DNA of 64,000 bases. It comes from Craspedostauros australis. Its lineage: Eukaryota. Under the pieces are notes generated by a model. That model saw only the letters and a program-made list of their open reading frames with translations. It was not told the DNA's origin and made no database searches. This document shows positions 10,233 to 22,180 of this stretch, in pieces (the first letter of the stretch is position 1; every line of letters begins with the position of its first letter). Location: positions 1-64,000 of the forward strand of contig JALAGF010006229.1 in assembly GCA_030167865.1 (NCBI GenBank), read 5' to 3'. Both the position numbers and the translations under genes were made by a program.

Positions 10233-13200
10233 ATGACACTCAACTTCGAGCCCATCAGCACAGCCCATCATCAGTATGGAGCTGACTCGGTCGCCGTGAG
10301 AAAGAGTTCACATGCAACATCATCGTCGTCAAGACGGGCTCCTCTCCAGTCGCACAATCCGAACATTCAACTCGCAAGCGATGGAATCACGAAGAACGGT
10401 TACGGAAAAAGCGGTGGCAACGTGTTTAGCGGCAGCCGGTACATGAGCAGCAAGGGAGGCACTTCATCTTCTGCAACATCGAGCAAGTCGGGAAGCGCAT
10501 CAGCATCCAACAAATACTCTTCAAATATGTTTCAACGGACATCGTCATCATCATCCGCCTCGAACGTAGCCTCATCATCAAAGGCTGTGTCAGATGAGGC
10601 GACAGTGATCATCGAAGAGAAACGTCGCAAACTCAACGGGGAGGGGTACACGTTGCATCGCTACTTGCGCGGTCGCATGCTGGGCAAGGGTGGATTCGCG
10701 AAGGTCTATCTGTGCACAGCACTTGACACCAACAAGAATTACGCCATCAAGATCGTGCCCAAGGCCAACCTCGTGAAGGCCCGCGCACGTCAAAAGGTAA
10801 GTTCTGTCGATGCCGCGGCTGTCGAGCTCTCGCCGTATGTGACATCGCCCCCTTCAAACCCATCTGCATTGCAACAGTCGTGTGTGCATCTGGCCTTTCG
10901 TCATCTTGCAAAATTGGAATTCAATTCACCCAATCTCACGTCCGCTGCTTTTTGCACCCCCTGCTGATCTCGGAATGATGGTTGACCTGCCCCTGCATGC
11001 ACCCTGCACCCCGCACGCTACGCCCACCATCCCACATATTAATTCTGCTTTCACAGCTTCAAGCCGAGATCAAGATCCACCGCAGCCTGAAGCACAAGCA
11101 CATTTGCGAGTACAAGCACTTCTTCGAGGATAAGCAGAACTGCTACATCTTGCTGGAGCTTTGCCACAACCACAGCGTGAATGAAATGATCAAGCGTCGC
11201 AAGCGCCTGACCGAACCTGAAAGCGCGCTTTTCATGAAGCAAATGCTGAATGCAGTCCAGCACCTTCACGACAACCTCGTTATCCATCGCGATCTTAAGC
11301 TCGGAAACCTGTTCCTGGATCGCAACATGAATATCAAGGTCGGCGATTTCGGCCTCGCGACGCAGCTCGATAGTGAGGATGAGAAGCGCAAGACCATCTG
11401 CGGTACACCAAACTACATCGCACCGGAGGTGATCAACGAGGACCGAAAAACGCGCGGTCATTCCTTCGAGGTTGATGTTTGGTCCATGGGGGTGATCTTG
11501 TTCACCACTGTGGTTGGCAAACCCCCGTACGAAGCCAAGGATGTCAAATCCACCTACAAACGCATCCTGGCGAACGAGTACGCATTCCCAAGCCACCTTG
11601 ACATCTCGGACAATGCCAAGGACATCATCCGTTCCATGCTGAAGTCGAAACCATCAGATCGTCCATCTCTCGATGAATTGGCGGCGCATCCTTTCATCAC
11701 CGACGCAAGCATACCTCTTTCGTTGCCATCCAGCGCCACCCACAGCGCACCGGAATGGAAGGACAACGGCTTCGGTCAACTCGTCCTCGCAAGCGAGGTG
11801 GAGAATTACAGAGCCATGTCAGGTTTGGCGAGCACGAAGAAGTCGTGCCTACCCATCACGAATGCGCTGCGACGCCACCCCTTGGGCCAGCGCGATTTGA
11901 ACGCCAACAGCGAACGCATCCAGCCTGATCGGTCAACCAAGCGGCTTGGCAGCGGCGATGCGTCTGACGTGATGCCGAAGCAATCGTCCGCATCTTCAAT
12001 GAAGAACTTGAGCTCGAAAAGCTCTCAGTTCCAGCATCGGCAACCACCACATCAGCCACCGAAATTCTCCAGCGCTCCAGCGCTGCGCGTTCAGAAGGCA
12101 CCGGCATCCACCGGCTTCGAGGTGTTTGATGAGTCTGGGACGGCCAACCGGTACTGCGACACCAAGCCGGCTGTTTCGAAGGCCACGGACGGAATCGAAG
12201 ACGATCTCGCAGCACGCATGACCACTTCGCTCTCAATACAACAGAAGGACAAGCCTGCGTCAGTGCGCTCGTCTGTTGATGCAGCATCGCAAGCAGCTTC
12301 GCAGGTAGCAGCAACGCCATCCGCGGATTCACCGTACGACATGGTCAGTCCACACCCACCAACCAACGGCGATGTCGCCACTCCGTCCACTGCGGCATTG
12401 GCAGGAAGCGCTGCGGCCTCATCTTCCAAACCAGTGTCATCCACCGAGGTGGATTGCGCCATCCTGCAGGGCATGATCGATCGTGTTGGCAACGTCTTGG
12501 ATGCTTCTTCCCGAGTGAAGAAGTCTACAGTCTCATTGTTCGACAACGTGGCCCTGGCACCATTGAACCATGGATGCCCTTCCAAATGGGTGAACCGATA
12601 TGTGGACTACACCGCGAAGTACGGGCTGGGGTACCTGTTGAGCGATGGAAGGTAAGCCAGTGAAAGGTTGCTACTGTCGGATTGTATCATACATCAGTTA
12701 ACCACTTGGATGAGGGGTACTGGGGTGTCCCTCACTCGATCTCGTGCGTCTCACATCAAGCTCTTCTCATTGTTTCATTGCATCGTCAACATGTTCATCA
12801 ATGCAGTTCCGGAGTGTACTTCAACGACTCCACCAAGACGGTTCTGGAGGCAGAGGGGGAGGCATTCGTCTACGTCGAACGCAAACGAATTGCGGGAGAC
12901 GGCATCACGGCATCTCGCAAGCTGGATCCGGTGCTTGCCACGCACACTTTGTCCGAGTACCCGGAAGAGTTGCAGAAGAAGGTTACTCTACTGAAGCACT
13001 TTCGCAGCTATCTCGTGGAGCAGCAGAAGAAGTCCGACAACGACCAGGCCATCATCCATGCCAGCGACTCCTCCGAGGGCGATGGATTGGTGTACCTGAA
13101 GAAGTGGGTGCGCACCAAGCACGCCATCTTCTTCCGGCTGAGCGACCAGACTGTGCAGATCGTTTTCTACGATCACACGGAGGTGCTGCTGACACCTGAT

Positions 13201-13350
13201 GAACGCCACATCACGTACGTGGACAAACAGCGCAATCGCAACACTTATTACCTCACGGAGGACCTGGTGGCCAACAACGGAGAGATCTCGAAGCGCCTGA
13301 AGTACACGAAGGAGATTCTTCAGCAGCTCCTCGACAGTCACAAACGTTAA
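10233..13350 (+). CDS. PLK1: Polo-like kinase (3 exons)
   Basis: Exons 10233-10796, 11057-12651, 12807-13350, all GT-AG and in frame. Kinase motifs LGKGGFAKVY, HRDLKLGNLFL, GDFGLA, TICGTPNYIAPE. Polo boxes [31 protein letters not shown] and KKWVRTKHAIFFRLS...VQIVFYDHT. Confidence 0.97.
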
Positions 13351-13691
13351 GAGCAACGCCAACGCCAGCGCCAACAACATGATTCATAACCGTAACAGCT
13401 GCAGCGACAGCAGCAGCCACAACAACAACAATGATACTACTCTAATGATAACGATAATAACGATAACAATCCAACATTGACATCAAATGGAGGAGTGCTC
13501 TACATGACAACGAGTAGGTCGCAGTCGCAGATGTGTTGCATTCCAGGGAGGGCGCTAGTTTCTGTCATAGGCCAGCACAGTCGTTACAGGATTGAGCTGC
13601 GCTGAAAGCACGTTCTCTACTCTGGAGTCGTCCAGGTTGGGGTATGGTAACAGTGGAATCGCCCTGCCCTACTCGTAACTTCGGAGCTTGC

Positions 13692-14966
13692 TTACGCGTC
13701 ATCCTTCTTGTCCTTGTCCTCGTCGTCCTTCTTGTCGGCAGACTTGTTGAGTTTGTCGAGCGCCGCCTTGACGGCAGGGTCGTTCTGGTCAACGCCAGGT
13801 CCCAGCGACGACAGCAATTCGCTTGCCAAGTTCTGCGTGTCATCGGCCGGTTTGGCGGCAGTCTCAGCCTGCATGGACATCTGCAGCGCCATCTGCATGG
13901 CGGCCTCCTCGTCATCGTCGTCATCCTCTTCCGTCTCCATGGCGGTCGGCTTCGCGTCGTCGGCGGCGTCATCCTTCTTCGGTTCGTTCTCATTCATGGA
14001 CATCGCCAAGGCCTGCTGCAAGAGCGCGTCGTCCTCGCTGAGGCCCATGTCCATCGCGGCTGCTGCCATCGCAGCGGGTGGTGGCGCGGCATCTCCAGAT
14101 TCCTCGGTCGCCGCAGGTTGGCCGGAGGCGGTCGCGCCGCCTTCCGTCGGATTGGTGACCTCCGCCTGCGCGTCGGCGCTCTGCTGCGCTGCCATCCGTT
14201 CCTGCCGCGCACGTTCCTCCTCCATGCTGACGCGCAGGGCCATGGCGAGCTCTGGGTCCATGCTGGGGTCCACGCCGCCGAAGTCGGCAAAGCCACCGGC
14301 ACCGCCGCCACCGGCCGCGAATTCGTTGCCTCCGATGGCTGCTGCTGCGGCAGCGGATGCGGCGAAGGCGGAGCCGCCGCTGCCGCCGTGCACCACGGGC
14401 GAGGACGCCAGGACGTCGCTGGGCAGGACGCCCGGTGGGACGGTGACGAGGTGACACGTGCGCTCGGCGCCCTCATCGGAGCGGCCGTTGGCGGCATCCA
14501 CGAGCTCCTGCAGCTTCTCCTCGTTGCCCTCCAGCTCGCCCATGGCGACCACATCGATGGCCACGTTGTTCTTCTTGAGCTGCCGCCCGGCCTTGGCCAG
14601 CGCGCGGTTCTCGACGTTGCCGAGCGGCGAGCCCACGAAGAGGATGATCCGCTGAGCGCCGTTCTTGTTCTTGCGGTGCTTGAGGGCCAGCGAGGCCACC
14701 TGCACTGATGCCGTGACGTCCGGCTGCGTGGACTTCATGGGCACGCCGTGCAGCGCGCTGAGGATCTTCCCCACGTCCTCCGTCGGGCTCACCAGCAGAT
14801 CGGTCCCCGCCGTCACCCCCACGGTGGATTCGGGATGCGACTGCGTCTTGGCACCCACCAGCAGGTTGGCGGCATCCTGCTGGGCCTCCAGACGAGTCGG
14901 GATGTAATCCCCATTCCGCATGAACTCGGAGTTGTCCAGCAGGATCATGCAACTTTCCAACGGCAT
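13692..14966 (-). CDS. RPN10: 26S proteasome ubiquitin receptor Rpn10/PSMD4
   Basis: vWA N-terminus MPLESCMILLDNSEFMRNGDYIPTRLEAQQDA, LKHRKNKNG.QRIILFVGSP, and UIMs DPELAMALRVSMEEE, LLQQALAMSM and AMQMALQMSM. Intronless. Confidence 0.98.
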   Translation of the reverse strand: MPLESCMILLDNSEFMRNGDYIPTRLEAQQDAANLLVGAKTQSHPESTVGVTAGTDLLVSPTEDVGKILSALHGVPMKSTQPDVTASVQVASLALKHRKNKNGAQRIILFVGSPLGNVENRALAKAGRQLKKNNVAIDVVAMGELEGNEEKLQELVDAANGRSDEGAERTCHLVTVPPGVLPSDVLASSPVVHGGSGGSAFAASAAAAAAIGGNEFAAGGGGAGGFADFGGVDPSMDPELAMALRVSMEEERARQERMAAQQSADAQAEVTNPTEGGATASGQPAATEESGDAAPPPAAMAAAAMDMGLSEDDALLQQALAMSMNENEPKKDDAADDAKPTAMETEEDDDDDEEAAMQMALQMSMQAETAAKPADDTQNLASELLSSLGPGVDQNDPAVKAALDKLNKSADKKDDEDKDKKDDA

Positions 14967-15555
14967 CTTGGAACAGCAGGTGATGCAGAGAGCTCAGAGA
15001 GTGTTCGTTTCCTTTTCGTTGCTCCTTGCCTTGCCTTTGCTTTGCTTTGCTTCGTGTCAATCTGGGCTGTGTTGTCGTCTCTTCAGTTGCCTTGTCGGTG
15101 ATGATTTGTCGATGGGGTTTGGTGGATGCCTCTTCTGTTCGTGCGAACTGCTCTGCTCGTCTCTGCTTCGAGGAGCTCGTCTGATGCCGCGGAGGCGGGA
15201 CGACGCTGTCGTTCTGCTGTTGGCGCCTGTTGCCATCTTCAGTCTCGGGATGCCATGGTCGATCTAATCTTCGGCAAGGTTCTGAGGACATCTTCGGGAT
15301 TTTGGTGGTATCACGACTCAATGGACTCTTCATCCATCGTGCTTTCGAGACATGGTTGTGTCATCCAGCTTCGTTCCGACGTCGTGCAGACCAATTTTCA
15401 CAGCTTTGACAATCGGCGATTGATTGGTACTGTGTCCTTCGTTGACTGTTGTGTTGTAGTGTACGCCGGCTCGCCAAAAAAACAAAGAAGGGCACCTCTA
15501 ATAATTTTGTGAGCCAGCCACATCCGCCACAATTCTCCCTCCGACACCAAGCAAG

Positions 15556-17166
15556 ATGCCAAAACGGTCTGCGGTTCCCGTCACCAACAACGACGATGGC
15601 GACAACGACAACGACGATGACGCCCACGGCAACATCCATCATGGCCGAGCCGCGGACGCTGGTGCAGGTGTAGGTGGAGCGCATCTGGAGGGAGCAGCGG
15701 GACTGGGCCACCAGCAAGTTCTGCCGACTGGAGTGTTTCGACGCAACGAGACCGAGGACCCCTTGCGCGCTCCTGGCTTTGATGCATGGCCAAACGTGGC
15801 CAATGAAGGTGGCGCAAATGAAGGTGCGGACATTGCCACCGACACCACAACGACTACGAATGCGTATGCACATGGGGTCGCAGCTGCCCAAGGGGCCAGG
15901 GATGAAGGCATTCATACCCCAGCCAGCAACATCATAAGAGAGCATGCCAACCAGCAACAACATGGCAATCCCACAGGAACTTCCGCCCACTCAGACTTCG
16001 CCGGTCACAATGACAACAACAAGTACCACTGGAATTCGACTCTCATGTTCGAGACGTCCTTCCCAAACGACGACAATCAGATCTACCCGTTGGAGCAGCA
16101 TGATATCATGACGTTCATCAACCGCGATCAGTTCCGTCGCAGATTCAAGGCGTACTGCTCCCCCTTGAAGTACCCGCCCAACGACATGGGGTTGCTGCAG
16201 CTTCGCACGGACTTGCAAAACAAGGCGCTGGAGTATGGATATTTGCTCAAGGGGAATGGCAAGTCACCCAACAAGGACCCGGGCTTGAGACTGTGCTGCG
16301 TGCACAATCGCAAGCGCGGCAAAGCGTTCGAACGCTATGTGCAGGCGAACAGTTCCATGGGCTATCCGATTCGTGCATCTGCGGGTGCGATGATCGGCGC
16401 AGCACGAAAGCGCACCCATGAGGAGATCGCGGTGGACGCCCTCACGGAACTGGAAGGGTCGTTGTCACAGCGCCATCTGCGACATCTGCAGGAGGGCAAA
16501 ATGCCGCAGGCGGAAAAGCTACCCAAGAGTGCCACGCACTGCCGCATGAACTTTGCCATCGCTAGGGACTCCCACGGCTGCTACATCAAGTGCGGCCAAG
16601 GCATCTCCCAGCATTCCTTCCACGAGAGACGACCGGCAGTCCCAGTGCCACCACCATCACAGCAGCAGCAACGTTACTCCTCGCAACGAGCACCCGACAT
16701 GCCTGGAGAGATCAATGCGCACACGATGACGATGGATGATGACAACTTCTCCTTCGATGGCTACTCCACACTGCTGGGAGATGACAACACGCGCGAATCC
16801 AACCGCTGGAGCCGAACTGCAGGTGGAGGCTACGGCAGGGATACCATCCCCACGGAACAAGGCACTCGCAACACCATCCTGGCGGTCGACGCCACATTCG
16901 AACGGTTCCGACCCAAGTTTTGGGAGATAGCCTCAATCATGTGCACGTACGGCGGATTGGACGACGCGCAAGAAGTGACGCAGAAACTGGACGCCATCAT
17001 TTCCGATCTCAAATTCAAATTCGACATATCAACTCATAACGCAGACGACGACAACAACGACAACAACGACGGGACCAACAACAACGATAATGATGATCGT
17101 GCCGAGGGTGAGAATGCAGGGGCGACCGATTCGAACGCATCGGCCAACAACCAAGGCGGTGTCTGA
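15556..17166 (+). CDS. Hypothetical protein with a FAR1/WRKY-GCM1-like zinc-binding domain (possibly MULE-transposase derived)
   Basis: 536-aa ATG-initiated ORF with disordered ends. The central segment reads LQNKALEYGYLL...LRLCCVHNR...THCRMNFAIARDSHGCYI...QHSFH. Confidence 0.65.
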   Translation: MPKRSAVPVTNNDDGDNDNDDDAHGNIHHGRAADAGAGVGGAHLEGAAGLGHQQVLPTGVFRRNETEDPLRAPGFDAWPNVANEGGANEGADIATDTTTTTNAYAHGVAAAQGARDEGIHTPASNIIREHANQQQHGNPTGTSAHSDFAGHNDNNKYHWNSTLMFETSFPNDDNQIYPLEQHDIMTFINRDQFRRRFKAYCSPLKYPPNDMGLLQLRTDLQNKALEYGYLLKGNGKSPNKDPGLRLCCVHNRKRGKAFERYVQANSSMGYPIRASAGAMIGAARKRTHEEIAVDALTELEGSLSQRHLRHLQEGKMPQAEKLPKSATHCRMNFAIARDSHGCYIKCGQGISQHSFHERRPAVPVPPPSQQQQRYSSQRAPDMPGEINAHTMTMDDDNFSFDGYSTLLGDDNTRESNRWSRTAGGGYGRDTIPTEQGTRNTILAVDATFERFRPKFWEIASIMCTYGGLDDAQEVTQKLDAIISDLKFKFDISTHNADDDNNDNNDGTNNNDNDDRAEGENAGATDSNASANNQGGV

Positions 17167-17964
17167 GGAGATTCCCAGGGGGTGCATTTGGGATGAATAC
17201 CATCATGGATATATCAACAGCACTCCAGGCCGAACTGCAACGCTTGAGTCCTATCGAAGAACGACATTGTGCTCGCAGAAACCCGTGCCGGTACCAACCC
17301 ATGAACACTGACATCAGCAGCATCATCACCACGACGACATGATCATCGTCATCATCGTATCTATAAATCATATCAACACACTCCTCCTCTCGAAACCAAA
17401 CTCGGGTGAGAGCAGGGCAACATTAGGACAGACTATTGTACTTGACAGCAGGCAGAGCACTGTGGAGTCGAGTAATCTATTGTATTATATAAAAGGTCCT
17501 AGTCTACCATACCTCACACCACCATGAAGTGGAACGCTCAGAGTCGTCTTGCTCTCTCTTGTTGCCTCGTTTCCGGTTACACTTCTGGAGAGACCACCAC
17601 CAGTGCGCGCGGTCCCGCAAAAGCGTTGAATCCCATTCCGCGCCAAAAACTCATCCCTGTTTCTTGGTTGACGAACAGCGGTGATGATTCTGTTCGTTTC
17701 TTTCGCTTACTGTTGCACGACACAGCGCAACGCCTCGCAAACAAAAGAAGGAACACAAATCTTCGCACCCCCCTGTTTCGAGAGCGTTTGTGTTACTCGC
17801 CAACCAAGCATCGCATTCCATTTCACCAAGTGTTACACCAACCAAGCACCAACCGTGCCATCATATCATATCATATCGCAGCATATCACACTGCTCTGCC
17901 TTGATCACCATCGCACATCGGTGTACTCTACGCACTACGAGCATATTGGGACAGCACAAGCAAG

Positions 17965-18453
17965 ATGGTCATTTCCGACAGCAGCTTCGCCACAGATGAA
18001 TCCGGAGTGAGCTCCACCATCAACATCGACATCGACGTGAACCATCTGTCCGGGCGCACGATCACCATCCTCGTCCTGATCCTGCTGCTGACGCCCTTCC
18101 TCCTGCTGGTCTTCGTGCACATCGCGCGACGATGCTGCTGCCCCAACGGCCTGTGCTGCAATCGATCGCAGGAACCACCGCGCGAACGCACCAACACGCA
18201 GGACACGACGGGCAACCCGTACGCCTCGCTGAACGAATTCATTCTGGAATCGGAATCCGATCAGGAACGCGGTTGGGTGTTGTTCGGCAACGATGGCTTC
18301 CGCGTGTGCTTTGACAATCTGTTCTTCGATTTGGTGGGCAGCAAACGCCCGCCGATCAACAACGCAGCGGCGCGCAGACAGCAGGCAGGCATCATCGAGG
18401 AGGGTGCTCATCCTTCCAACTCTTCGCAGCAGTTCTCGGAGCCTCTACTATGA
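17965..18453 (+). CDS. Small single-pass membrane protein with a juxtamembrane Cys cluster
   Basis: 162-aa ORF with C-rich third codon positions. The TM segment ITILVLILLLTPFLLLVFVHI is followed by RRCCCPNGLCC. Confidence 0.6.
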   Translation: MVISDSSFATDESGVSSTINIDIDVNHLSGRTITILVLILLLTPFLLLVFVHIARRCCCPNGLCCNRSQEPPRERTNTQDTTGNPYASLNEFILESESDQERGWVLFGNDGFRVCFDNLFFDLVGSKRPPINNAAARRQQAGIIEEGAHPSNSSQQFSEPLL

Positions 18454-18503
18454 CACAGTATCGCGCAAAGAGAGACAGAGATGCGTGGGCGAAGATGTAG
18501 ATG

Positions 18504-18535
18504 CACATGCACAAGTACATGCACAAGTACATGCA
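18504..18535. repeat. Short 12-bp tandem repeat (ACATGCACAAGT, about 2.5 copies)
   Basis: Directly visible downstream of the 17965-18453 ORF. Confidence 0.8.
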
Positions 18536-18902
18536 GATACAGATGGGTGCAGTCTGGGATCGGCATCACTTCTCTGAGCCACCCTACTCTCCGAGGATGC
18601 AAACTTTCACAGAACTGTTGCCGTCACCGCCGCCCACCCTTTGAATGCATGCAGAACATGCCATCGAGCTCAAATGGCGTCGAGCAACGCTGTCATCACC
18701 AGGGGGTATCCCACCGCAGCTTGCCCAGAATGACTGTACACAACAGTACGGTTGAATAACACAGGCGAACTCCGAAGCCGAGGATGGTTCTTGTGTCTGC
18801 TCGTACGGTACTCTGAACACTTAGCGCGCTTCCTCGGCTAGCATCTCTATTGATCCACTAGAGTAATCGACAATAGCACTCCGTCAATCATCCAAGGAAA
18901 CT

Positions 18903-19649
18903 TCACCTGTTGGCCAGAAGTGCCTGTTCTTTGAGCGTAGCAATGACCTCGTGCGCATTCTCGATTTCATCCCCTCTCGCCTTCACGATATCCATCAACG
19001 TCTCCCCGACGTTATCCGTCATGGACAGCACTTGGGGACATTTGGCGATCATGGCATTGAGAAGTTGCAGGGGTATCCTCGGATTCCGCGCCACCAAGTA
19101 ATGTGCCGGAGTGCGCTGCTCGATGTCCACCAACCGTATCGATTCCGGAAACTGCTGCAGAAGCATGAATGGGATGGATCGTTCCGTTTGCAGAGCATCG
19201 CCATCGCACGACAGCGCCGCCACGATGCAGCAGTTGCTCTCCAGATCCATGCAGGCCCAATGCAATGGCGTGCGTGCGAAGGTGTCGCGGATGGTGCAGC
19301 AAGACGACGTCTTTGCGCACAGTATGGCCTTGACAGCGTTCTGGCGGTATTCGTAAATCTGGGCCTTCGTGTCGAGATCGCAGTCCTCGCAGCTGCTCGT
19401 GCGCACCAGTCTATGCAACGCGGTGTCCTGCGGCGGGTAGGTGTGCACGAAGTTGATCTCCTTGGGATGGGATTGGCAGCGTTGGGGGATCAAGTCCCAT
19501 TCTCCCTCCACGGCGTACCGGTACAGCTTGGGCTCGCGGAACTTCTTGTAGAACGCGTACTTGTACTGATCCCAGACGCAGCACTGGTGCTGCTTCAGGG
19601 CGTTGAAGGAGGACGAAGATCCGGTGGAAGAAAAGGATGGCCGTGGCAT
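18903..19649 (-). CDS. Divergent ankyrin-like repeat protein
   Basis: LYRYAVEGEWDLI...HPKE, DTALHRL, RTPLHWAC, RTPAHYLV, GETLMDI. ATG at 19649. Confidence 0.85.
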   Translation of the reverse strand: MPRPSFSSTGSSSSFNALKQHQCCVWDQYKYAFYKKFREPKLYRYAVEGEWDLIPQRCQSHPKEINFVHTYPPQDTALHRLVRTSSCEDCDLDTKAQIYEYRQNAVKAILCAKTSSCCTIRDTFARTPLHWACMDLESNCCIVAALSCDGDALQTERSIPFMLLQQFPESIRLVDIEQRTPAHYLVARNPRIPLQLLNAMIAKCPQVLSMTDNVGETLMDIVKARGDEIENAHEVIATLKEQALLANR

Positions 19650-20355
19650 GATCCTCTGAATGTGGTCGTTGCTATCGCACCCGATGTACTCGTTTGGTAT
19701 TGATGTTGTCACGTACGACTATGATATGAGCTATGATCTTCAATGTATTGTGTATTAGCAGAATAGGATGCAGTTGTATTGCTCGGAAGCGGTACCGTAC
19801 TCAATGGCAACAGCAGAAGCGAGGAAAGAGGCCGATCGGTGTCGCTGTTGTCATTATCCGTTGCTCTCTGTTGCAGAATCACGCTTTGATTGAACGCTCC
19901 GGATGCAGAATAATGAACAACACCGCCAACCTTCATCGTCAGCGCACATTGTCACGTCACGAGTATCAACAACGCTCCAAATGTCACGACGTTGCGGTGG
20001 GTTAAAAACAAAACAAGGTGAGAAAAAACACGAAGAAACGTCAGAGAAGGTTGTCACACGTCCGTGACAATTTGCAAAGTGGAACATCGCCGATCAGATC
20101 TCGCTGTTGACTCATTCGATCAAACCAGCGCCAGTCAAGGAACCATCACGAACAGCATCTTTCCCGCCACCCTCCCGCGAGAAAATGTGGAACGATCAGA
20201 TCCCAAACACATCAATCGCTTGGTCCGTCGGTACACACCGTGAACACCTCAAGGGAGTCACCAAGCACCAATGCAAACCAAACGAAAGCTCGAACTCAAA
20301 CAGAAACACACACAATCTGACACCACAGCAAAAGTGCATACTCTGGAACAAAAGG

Positions 20356-21267
20356 ATGGGACGCTGCGCAATCCAGATCGTCATGGGACCGGCCGGGAGC
20401 GGCAAGTCCACCTACTGCCAGGCGATGCAGCAGCACGCCGAATCACTGACGGGGCCACGACGGCGGACCATCCACGTTGGCAATCTCGATCCCGCCGCAG
20501 ATAACTTCGGCTACCAACTGGCATTCGACATCCGAGATCTGATATCCGTGGAGGAGGTCATGGACGAGCTGGGCCTCGGCCCCAACGGCGGCCTGGTGTA
20601 CTGCATGGAGTACCTGCTCAACAACCTCGACTGGCTCAAGGACCACCTCGACGAGTTTGGAGACGACGAGTACCTCATCCTGGATTGCCCAGGACAGCTA
20701 GAGCTCTACACCCACATCCCGCTCATGCGCAGCGTCATTGACAGCATGCGTCTGTGGGGATACGAGTCCACCATGGCGGGCGTCTTCCTCCTCGACACGA
20801 CCTTCGTCTGCGATGCCTCCAAGTTCATCTCCGGGTCCCTCCTCAGCCTCAGCGCCATGATCGCCCTCGAGCTACCGCACGTCAACGTCCTGTCCAAATG
20901 CGATCTCATCAGCGAGGAGGAAATCGACAACCTCCTGGAGATCACCAGCGCATCCGAAGTCTGGTCGCGCGAGCAGCATCGCAACAGCCTCCTCCCGACC
21001 AACTTTGAGGACGGCACGCCGGAGCAACGCCGGTTGGAGAAGCGCCGGCGGTCACGGCAGCGGCTCACGGATTCCATCTGCCAGCTTCTCGACGATTACA
21101 CCATGGTCAGCTACTGCTCCCTCAACATCCAGGACGAAGATAGCATGGACAATCTCCTGGGCATCATCGACAACATGATCCAGTACGGCGAAGACCTCGA
21201 TGTGCGAGGGGCGGAGCAAGACGATGATGTTGGTGAGAATCCCTACGACAGCATCTTCAATTCGTGA
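20356..21267 (+). CDS. GPN3: GPN-loop GTPase 3
   Basis: P-loop MGPAGSGKSTYC, NLDPAA, LGPNGGLVYCMEYL, YLILDCPGQLELYTH, LPHVNVLSKCDL and IQYGED. The GQxELYTH and IQYGED segments favour GPN3 over GPN1 or GPN2. Confidence 0.93.
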   Translation: MGRCAIQIVMGPAGSGKSTYCQAMQQHAESLTGPRRRTIHVGNLDPAADNFGYQLAFDIRDLISVEEVMDELGLGPNGGLVYCMEYLLNNLDWLKDHLDEFGDDEYLILDCPGQLELYTHIPLMRSVIDSMRLWGYESTMAGVFLLDTTFVCDASKFISGSLLSLSAMIALELPHVNVLSKCDLISEEEIDNLLEITSASEVWSREQHRNSLLPTNFEDGTPEQRRLEKRRRSRQRLTDSICQLLDDYTMVSYCSLNIQDEDSMDNLLGIIDNMIQYGEDLDVRGAEQDDDVGENPYDSIFNS

Positions 21268-22180
21268 TATGTCCATTGGTGTACTCGTACGACTACGACT
21301 ACGAGACGCGACAGAACGAACGCCTACAAGATGAAGAAAAGTACTGGACAGAACAGTACAGAACAGAACAAAACAGTACGAGTGAGTGAGTGGGCGATAA
21401 TGTTCAGAGAAGAGACGAAGAGCACGTACCTGCACGTGCACACATGGAGGGCAGCTGCGATGCAGCACAACACGAGCTACTTTGCAGGGTAGAGTGGAGC
21501 AGTCAACTCTGCGGCGCTTGCCATCCATGCGCTGCGAAGGAATTGCACCATCTGCCTTTGGTTCCACGATGGTAATTCTACAACACTGCAGCCAGTACAT
21601 ATGTTGGAATAGTCGTACAGATACCAATATACGTGCCATTGTTCGATGGCATACTCCCTGCACAACGATCCAACACCTTCAGAAGAGCCACACATGGAAA
21701 GCGGTAGTTCCTGCCATTGGAGTTGGAAGCCAACGCAACGCAACACAACGCAACCCATTTTGGAGATTCTGAAACCAGGCCAGCACATCCCGGCGTGCAA
21801 GAGAACGGGTGATGGAATCAACGAACGCCCGGAAGGCTTCGAGCGTTGCAGAATTTCCAGGCCCATGACAACTCATACAAAAACAAGGAACGAGAAGCGG
21901 CATTGCATTGCATCATGGCAGCCATCACCGTAGGAATAGCGAACACACATGTCACATACATGATGCAACACTCACGATGATCCAAATACTACCATGTTCA
22001 TACAATAGCATGATCTTCCAACAGAACTCCACTTGCGCTCTACCATACTTTTACTTATACTTGTTCACCTACAAGTACATCCCCACCACATCTTTGAAGC
22101 TGCAATTGCCTTCACTTGCACACAACCCATCAAGACCTGTTCTTGCTTCGTTTGCTCAGCTCATATCTTTTCATTTCATT

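Noticed and set aside
13565..15333. Multiple long overlapping ORFs around RPN10
   Set aside because: These are by-products of high GC and codon bias in RPN10, in alternative or antisense frames.
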